Shown here: positions 51,776-64,000 of the stretch, piece after piece
How positions within the stretch are numbered: the first letter of the stretch is position 1
Layout: each line of letters starts with the position of its first letter
Assembly: GCF_009914755.1 (NCBI RefSeq)
Contig: NC_060926.1
DNA length: 64,000 bases
Origin: the human T2T-CHM13v2.0 reference genome, Homo sapiens
Strand: one strand, 5' to 3'
The notes under the pieces: model-generated
Databases searched by the model: none
What the model saw: only the letters and a program-made list of their open reading frames with translations
Told to the model about the DNA's origin: nothing
Translations under genes and position numbers: made by a program

Positions 51776-53150
51776 ATATGTATTTATTTCCATCTTTGTA
51801 CCTTGACTAACATACCTTTATAATGGCCAGAAATGTCATGTTCAAATTTAGAACTGTAAGGCACCCCATACTCCTACGTGGGAAGAACCTGATCCCCTTT
51901 TCTTCCCACCTCCAGCACATCCCATGCTTGAAAGGACTATGCATGCATGTGAACACTCTAGCCCACATGTCCAAGTTCTGCCCACATTCTCAGCAAACAT
52001 CCACTCCTTGGCTAGTCCTTAGACACAGGGATACAACTACTTAGAAAAACAAAACAAAACAGAACAACATACACCAGGTTTGGAAGCATAAGTCCTAGAA
52101 CAAATGGACCAAGAATTTAAAACTAAGAATAAACATGTTTAAAAAGACAATACGAAACAAGAACCACAAATCCCAAAAAAGAAAAATCAGATATATTACA
52201 TATAGAAAATATAATAGCTAAAGAAATAACAGATGGAATAAACAGTAGGATGGCTCCAGAGGAAGAACAAATTAATGAGCAGAAAGGCAGATCAATAAAC
52301 TCTTCCAAAAGGAAACAAAGTTAAAGAAATTAAACCATATGTGAGGAACACTAATAGATAAAGAGGAAAGAAGTAGAAATGCCAACAATCAGAAAACGAG
52401 AAAACAAAAACAGAGGAAATATTTGAAGAAATAATGAGCTTCTGGTAATAGCACCCTAGGTGATTCTGATCAACTCTTCCTCTGAGCAAAAAAGAAAAGA
52501 TGGGGAAAGTTTTAAAAAATCTCCTTGAATATAAATTGTTGAGAACTAACAACTGAAGTTACCAAATGCAGGAGAGGCTGGATGTCCAGGGAGGTGAGTG
52601 CAATGGATGAAATCACTTTTTCCATGTAAGTGATTTGATTCCAGAGGGGGAAGCAAAATTGCTGAAGTATAGAGTAACTTTTTGATGGTACTGGGGACAA
52701 GGAGAAAGACATGGAGGCTTGGACTTGCCAAGGCAGAAGGGGTCCCTTGGCAGGACACGTGGTCCTGCTTACCCTACTCTCCTATTAGTTTGGGCTCAGA
52801 GCCCAAAGGCTTCACCTAAAGGTAATCGTGTCCAGAAGTAAACAGGTCCTCACATGTACTGATTAAGAAACTGAATTGACGTGATCCTGGATTGTTAAGG
52901 TCTCCAGGCACCTGGAAGAAGCAAACACACATCCTTTCTTGAAGAAAACATCATCCTAGGCCTCAAATTATCCCTGCAAATAATTCTGCAATATAATGTT
53001 TGGTATATAATAAAAATAATTTTGCTATATAATGTTCAGCCTATAATAAAAAATAACAAAGCAAATAGGAAATAAAACATCATTAATGAAAACCAGAAAC
53101 AACAAACAGTACAAAAAGAACCACAGGAAATCTAGATATTAGATTGTAAG

Positions 53151-53642
53151 TGTAAACCAAAAATAAAATTCAAAGGCCCCCTGCAACCATCTGAGTGGAC
53201 TCCCTCCTGGGCCAGGGCACTCTGAAATTTAACCAGAAAGACTGGTTAAGGCCATGATGGGAAGCTGGGGATGGACATGCCTCATGATACCCTCCAGTGT
53301 TAACATCAACACAGACCTTAAGTCTGAGAAGAAACATCTACAGTCTATTCTCTCTAGAGCCTACTATTTGCAGGCTTCATCTGTGTGATAAAACCTAGCT
53401 CTCCACAACTCTTTATCATAACTCTTTCAACCAACTGCCAATCAGAATATGTTTAAATCTACCTATGACCTGGAAGCTCCCTGTCCCTCTTCAAGTTGTC
53501 CCACCCTTCCAGATCAAACCAATGTAAATCTTAAGCGTATCTGATTGATGTCTCATGTCTTCCTAAAATGTATAAAAGCAAGCTGTGCTCTGACCACCTT
53601 GGGCACACATTGTCAGGACCTCCTGAGGCTGTGTCATGGGTG
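53151..53642 (+). mobile_element. MER4(A/B)-like LTR, 3'-truncated
   Basis: Starts tgtaaaccaaaaataaaattc...; ends tcaggacctcctgaggctgtgtcatgggtg. Confidence 0.8.
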
Positions 53643-55071
53643 TCTAAAAGATGGGTACTTCTGCTCGGTGTTCAAAGAAGCCAACTCTTCCTTAACCTCA
53701 ACTTCAAAGAGGAGGCATTTAGTAGAAGCTGCTCACAGGGATTTTGTGAAGTCAGCCTAAGGATGGAGCTGATACAAGAAGGGGGCAAAGCCGCGCAAAG
53801 AAATAAAGCCAGAGCTCTGATGCAACCAAGATGAGGGGCTGGCCTGCCTCTGGACCCCTCAGTTTGTCAGCCTATACACATGTTGTTATGAAAAGGCCAT
53901 GTGGGTAGGCTTTTTACAGCTAAAGACACTGGACTAACACAAAGGTTGGAAATAGAAAGGGGATTTTTAAGTAACAAACCTTAAAGTGTGAAACTGGCTC
54001 AGCTATAGAAGAGTAAGGAAGACCTCCTCTATCTCATGCTGGGAATTTGGATATCGTTATTATATTGGTTAAAGCACCTTTGTTGTACCTTTGCACCAGA
54101 CTGTATGACTACCAATAACATTGTACCGGAGAAACTGAGAGGAAAAAAATGCAGCTATCAGTGTTTTCACAACTCCTTGTGGCTTTCACTAAGATTCTAC
54201 ACCCAGGTGTTTTGTGAATATTGGTCTCTGTGCTTTTCAATGTTTTTAATTATCAAAATATAACATATTCAGAACTCTCAGTATTAAAAAAAATTAGGTC
54301 TTAAGAAAATACTTAAGGAAAAGTCTTAGATCCTATTTGTTCCTGACCGTTGTTGTAGGGTCTTATACTCTCTTATTATAATGATCAGAAATCATCTGGC
54401 CAAACACAGGGACTATAAATTTGGAGGTGAGAGAAGATTAAATAATTTTTGCTTTCAAACTTTAACCTTATGGAATTATGAAATACAAAGGCTGGAAGCC
54501 TCAATTAAAATAAATAACTAGGTTGTCTATGTATAAAAGGAACTCTCCAGCCTAAGTAATAAAGCGGCCAATCAATAAAAAGACTAACATTTGAAGTATT
54601 TAACGACAAAATGCCCTGGTTTTCAAAATTAACATTCTGATAACCAGATTCTTTCTTTTTTTCCAACACAAGAAGGTCAATTTTAAGCTTCCAGATAGCC
54701 AAATAAGCTCTATTATATAAAGGTATCAAAGTTAGTAAAGATGTGATCATTTATTCTGATACCATGGTCTATGTTTTAAACACATCAAAGTAAAAATTAC
54801 CCAACTCACTAATAACATACTATACCCCTTACTCTTCTTAACTCACTCATTTTTTTTTTTTTTTTTTTTTTGCTAGTTATTTTCGGTGTGTGTTTCTACA
54901 CATCTGCCTTCAACTGATTCACTGTCCACTTATTCTCGTCTCTCTGTATGTGTCTAGCTTTCTCGGAATATGGCCCAGGATATCCTTGTACCTTCTGCTT
55001 CTGAGTTTGGTCCTCCCATTCTCCCTTTTGCCATCTCTGCCCTCTTCCTTCCTCTCCCTTCTTTAGCCATA

Positions 55072-55424
55072 TGCTATAACCTGAATGCCTGTGTTCCCCA
55101 AAATTCACATGTTGAAATCCTAACCCCCAAGGTACGGTATTAGAAGGTGGGACCTTCTGAAGATAATTAGGTCACGAGGGGGTCCTCATGAACGGGATTA
55201 GTGCCCTTATAAAAGAGGTTCCCGAGAACTCCTTTGCCCCTTTGTCATGTGAGGATACCACAAAAAGGTGCCGTCTAGGAGCCAGAAAGGAGGCCCTCCC
55301 CACACACAGAATCTACCTTGATCTTGAACTTCCCAGCCTCCAGAATTGTAAGAAATAAATCTGTGTTGTTTATAGAGAGTCCAGTTCATGGCATTTTGTT
55401 AGAGCAGCCCAGTAGACTAAAGCG
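55072..55424 (+). mobile_element. MLT1A0-like LTR
   Basis: tgctataacctgaatg...ccccaaaattcacatgttgaaatcct; TSD CCATA. Confidence 0.85.
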
Positions 55425-55777
55425 CCATAGTATTTAACTTACTTGACATGATTATGGAATCCAAGATTTTAATCTCTGCTTGACCATTTTTAGACAGTAA
55501 GATGGTTTTAATTTCTGACTTTAAAAAATATTGTTTCTTGAGTTAATTTGTGTTGTGTGACCCATGAATTGGTTTACTGAGTGAGTCAGTGTCATGATAA
55601 GGTGCTGCTTACTTATTACAGAATAACAATTTTTACTAAGGGTTTTGAAACAAAAAGACAGTTCCTGAGCAGGAAAAAATTAACCTATGGAGTCACTAAC
55701 TAAAATTACTAAAAAATGGCATTAGAATTCTGGGACTTATGACACTTACACACTCTTATTTTTAAAATTCAGATTTC

Positions 55778-55905
55778 TGCCGGGCACAGTGGTACACACC
55801 TGTAATGCCAGCTACTAGAGAGGCTGGGGAGGGAAGACTGTTTGAGCCCAGTAGTTAGACCAGCCTGGGAAACACAGCAAGACCCCATCTCAAAAAAATA
55901 AGTAA
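55778..55905 (+). mobile_element. FLAM monomer
   Basis: Single left-arm-type Alu. Confidence 0.8.
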
Positions 55906-56426
55906 ATTTCTTTAATAATTTTCTATTAAACGGATACAATGTCTAATCTGATAACGGCTTATAAAAATGGTGTGAATTTAGTGAGTGCTTAAATTATGAC
56001 TTGGCTTTGACATTTCCATAGTGTTACCACTAATTCACAGACTCCTCCCTATTATAAGATATAACTAATAGCATTTTACAAATGTATGAACTCAAAGAAG
56101 GTCTACAGACAGCAAAAAATGAAGCAGAGACAATCCATTCAAATCAGATGGCCAAGAGTATAGCAGAAACTGGAACTCTTGGTTCACAGAACATCACCAT
56201 TTAACCTCTGTACTTCCACAATCATAAATCTGTGCTTTACAATTTTGTTGTTTCATTCTTTACAATACCAACTCAATTCTCTACGAATATAAGTGCAGCA
56301 AATCATTTCCGTTTTAATTGGAGTACATTTAAATAGTTTTCTTCTTTTGTTTCAAGATCTACTAAACTATGTTCTGCAATGAAAAAATTTAAAATAGGTT
56401 CCTAGACATAAAGAGAAAATCTGTTT

Positions 56427-56720
56427 GGCCAGGTGTGGTGGCTCACACCTGTAATCCCAGCAGTTTGGGAAGCCAAGGTGGGCGGATCACCTGAGGTCGG
56501 GAGTTTGAGACCAGCCTGACCAACATGGAGAAACCCTGTCTCTACTAAAAATACAAAATTAGCTGGGCGTGGTGGCGCATGTCTGTAATCCCAGCTACTT
56601 GGAAGGCTGAGGCAGGAGAATCGCTTGAACCCGGGGGGTGGAGGTAGTGGTGAGCCGAGCTTGCACACCATTGCACTCCAGCCTGGGCAACAAGAGAGAA
56701 ACTCCATCTCAAAAAAAAAA
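56427..56720 (+). mobile_element. AluSp-like
   Basis: Full-length. Confidence 0.92.
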
Positions 56721-57032
56721 GAGAGAAAATCAGTTACTATAGTCCAATATTTGATGTTACAGAGTAAAGATTAGCCTTCTGAACAAACTAGGCATAGAAG
56801 AAAAAAGAAAGAGGAGACTTAGAAGTCAAATAGAAAGCCCCATAATCAAATTCAAAACTTAGTGTTTTTCATGAGCTGGAGGACAGCTGTATTAAGGTAT
56901 CTATAATTTTCCCAAACAATACATCTCAAATGTGATTCTCCACAATATTCCAGAGTTTAATATATGACATACTCTAGGACAGTAAGTCACTGTGAACCAG
57001 TTTCTAGAGGGGCTTACACCGAATAATTTTCC

Positions 57033-57331
57033 TTTTTTTTTTTTTTTTTTAAGACAATGTCTCGCTCTGTCGCCCAGGCTGGAGTGCAGTGGTGCAATCT
57101 CTGCTCACTGCAACCTCTGCCTCCTGGGTTCAAGCAATTCTCCTGCCTCAGCCTCCTAAGTAGCTGAGACTACAGGCGCCCACCACCACGCCCGGCTAAT
57201 TTTTTGTATTTTTAGTAGAGACGGGGTTTCACCGTGTTAGCCGGGATGGTCTCCATCTCCTGACCTTGTGATTTGCCCTCCTTGGCCTCCCAAAGTGCTG
57301 GGACTACAGCTGTGAGCTACCGTGCCCAGCC
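57033..57331 (-). mobile_element. AluSc/Y-like
   Basis: TSD AATAATTT(T/C)CC. Confidence 0.92.
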
Positions 57332-57466
57332 AATAATTTCCCTTTTAATCATGATTCTAAGTTGCCAGCTTAGCAAGGCAACTTAGCACGGCAGTATGGA
57401 AGAAGAATGATTCAGAGACAGGTGTTCTTAAAATGAAGTAAGCGTGTAAGGTAAGGTACTACTAGC

Positions 57467-57680
57467 CTGTCATATGCAGCAATCATAAAGTTGAGGAGGA
57501 GGCTGATAGATTGTTCCACACTAATTTGGTGAGTAGAAGGAAGGCGCTTGTTCAACTGATAGTAGATGGAGGAGATGACAGTTTCGAGGCGGGACACACT
57601 GATCTCGGTGGTATGGTCCAGTGTATTAAGGCCATTGTCTCGGAAGGCTTCAATCATGTTCCAGATATCAACAAGATGAA
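57467..57680 (-). CDS. DTNB: Beta-dystrobrevin coding exon (approx. exon 4, 214 nt, phase 1 to 2)
   Basis: Translates (L)[70 protein letters not shown](S), matching recalled DTNB. Acceptor tgtcttttag|TT; donor GACAG|gctagt (GC donor). Confidence 0.96.
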
Positions 57681-58279
57681 CTAAAAGACAAAGAAAATAA
57701 ACTGTCAACAATTTTAAAGTGTGGTACTACCCTTCACAATAGGAATCTAAAATTTATCAACTAGTTCTTAAGTTTAAAGAGAAGAAACTCTTTAGCCAAC
57801 AATGAGGAAAACATTCTGTGGTCAAATAAAGAACATCAGTCCCAGACAACATCAAGGAGCCACCACAGCGGTATGGGAAGGACTACTTCCAGCCTTCACA
57901 TTTAAATAGCGAGTATTTCACGTCTCTGCAAATAGTGACCCATGCAATTCCTAACAATGGATAACTTGATAAAAAGATCAAGAACTACTCCTAAGAACTT
58001 CTAGTCTTTTTGAAAATTTGCTGTATTACCTTGAGTCAGCTTTACTGTATTACTTTAGCCGAGCAACTAAAGCAACATTTTACAACTGAAACTTTACTGT
58101 ATGACCCTAAAGAGAGAGACAAATACAACTGCATTAAGTAAAATATTAATATGCTTTAGAGGCTACTCAGAGCTCTGAACAACTCATAGCTCAGCCAAAA
58201 ATAAATTTATCTACTGCATATTTCCTCCATTATTTAAGAGGCTGACTTTCTTTTAAATTCCATTTCCAGTAATAAAGTA

Positions 58280-62450
<4,171 letters not shown>

Positions 62451-62454
62451 ATAG

Positions 62455-64000
62455 CTCTCCCTCTCCCTCTCCCTCTCCCTCTCTTTCCACGGTCTCCCTC
62501 TGATGCCGAGCCGAAGCTGGACTGTACTGCTGCCATCTCGGCTCACTGCAACCTCCCTGCCTGATTCTCCTGCCTCAGCCTGCCCAGCGCCTGCCATTGC
62601 AGGCGCGCGCCGCCACGCCTGACTGGTTTTCGTATTTTTTTGGTGGAGACGGGGTTTCGCTGTGTTGGCCGGGCTGGTCTCCAGCTCCTAACCGCGAGTG
62701 ATCCGCCAGCCTCGGCCTCTCGAGGTGCCGGGATTGCAGACGGAGTCTGGTTCACTCAGCGCTCAATGGTGCCCAGGCTGGAGTGCAGTGGCGTGATCTC
62801 GGCTCGCTACAACCTCCACCTCCCAGCCGCCTGCCTTGGCCCCCCAAAGTGCCAAGATTGCAGCCTCTGCCCGGCCGCCACCCCGTCTGGGAAGTGAGGA
62901 GCGTCTCTGCCTAGCCGCCCATCGTCTGGGATGTGAGGAGCCCCTCTGCCTGGCTGCCCAGTCTGGAAAATGAGGAGCGTCTCTGCCCGGCCGCTATCCC
63001 ATCTAGGAAGTGAGGAGCGCCTCTTCCCGACCGCCATCCCATCTAGGAAGTGAGGAAGTGAGGAGCGTCTCTGCCCGGCCGCTCATCGTCTGAGATGTGG
63101 GGAGCGCCTCTGCCCCGCCACCCCGTCTGGGATGTGAGGAGCGCCTCTACCCGGCCGCGACCCCGTCTGGGAGGTGAGGAGCGTCTCTGCCCGGCCGCAC
63201 CGTCTGAGAAGTGAGGAGACCCTCCGCCTGGCAACCGCCCCGTCTGAGAAGTGAGGAGCCCCTCCACCCGGCAGCCGCCCCGTCAGAGAAGTGAGGAGCC
63301 CCTCCGCCCGGCAGCCACCCCGTCTGGGAAGTTAGGAGCGTCTACGCCCGGCAGCCAGGAGGGAGGTGGGGGGGTCAGCCAGCCGCCCCGTCCGGGAGGG
63401 AGGTGGGCGAGTCAGCCCCCTGCCCGGCCAGCCGCCCCATCCGGGAGGTGAAGGGCGCCTCTGCCCGGCCGCCCCTACTGGGAAGTGAGGGGCCCCTCTG
63501 CCCGGCCAGCCGCCCTGTCCGGGAGGGAGGTGGGGGGGTCAGCCCCCCGCCCGGCCAGCCGCCCCGTCCGGGAGGGAGGTGGGGGGGTCAGCCCCCCGCC
63601 CGGCCAGCCGCCCCGTCCGGGAGGGAGGTGGGGGGGTCAGCCCCCCGCCCGGCCAGCCGCCCCGTCCGGGAGGGAGGTGGGGGGGTCAGCCCCCCCGCCC
63701 GGCCACCCGCCCCGTCCGGGAGGGAGGTGGGGGGGTCAGCCCCCCGCCCGGCCAGTCGCCCCGTCGGGGAGGTGAGGGGCGCCTCTGCCCGGCTGCCCCT
63801 ACTGGGAAGTGAGGAGCCCCTCTGCCCGGCCACCACCCCGTCTGGGAGGTGTGCCCAGCAGCTCATTGAGAACGGGCCAGGATGACAATGGCGGTTTTGT
63901 GGAATAGAAAGGGGGGAAAGGTGGGGAAAAGATTGAGAGGTTGGATGGTTGCCGTGTCTGTGTAGAAAGAGGTAGACATGGGAGACTTCTCATTTTGTTC
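62455..64000 (+). mobile_element. SVA retrotransposon (D/E-like), antisense to DTNB, truncated by the window edge
   Basis: (CCCTCT)n head, Alu-like domain (about 62485-62870), GC-rich VNTR (about 62870-63850), and start of SINE-R (ctcattgagaacgggcc...). Confidence 0.97.

Noticed and set aside
62543-63993. Repetitive Pro/Gly/Arg ORFs and a CRISPR-like periodic array
   Set aside because: SVA VNTR: tandem units without unique spacers, no cas genes, eukaryotic context.

Overview
Primate (almost certainly human) genomic DNA, about 99% intronic, from inside DTNB (beta-dystrobrevin), which is transcribed on the minus strand. Five consecutive coding exons can be placed to the base: 57467-57680, 36531-36616, 25381-25535, 10020-10125 and 6138-6304. 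They total 728 nt with consistent phases and cover the EF-hand-like region and the ZZ zinc finger (about aa 50-292; exons 4-8 by my recalled numbering). The rest is interspersed repeats: about 37 Alu/FLAM copies, L1/L2/MIR fossils, LTRs (MER52, MER21, MER4, MLT1, MST), DNA-transposon fossils (Charlie1, Kanga/Tc2, a Tigger-type transposase remnant), and a young SVA running off the right edge. I see no prokaryotic-type system, CRISPR array or RNA gene, and no convincing wholly new system. The best second-look items are splicing or RNA-structure related: a GC-AG intron with an atypical donor, a hairpin-masked cryptic donor after exon 5, a 123-codon open Tigger transposase frame in sense with DTNB, Alu-flanked exon modules that could give a stop-free ZZ circRNA, a sense-oriented solo LTR with a poly(A) signal, and two small templated-insertion scars. 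Repeat subfamily names and many repeat boundaries are from recalled consensus sequences and are approximate.
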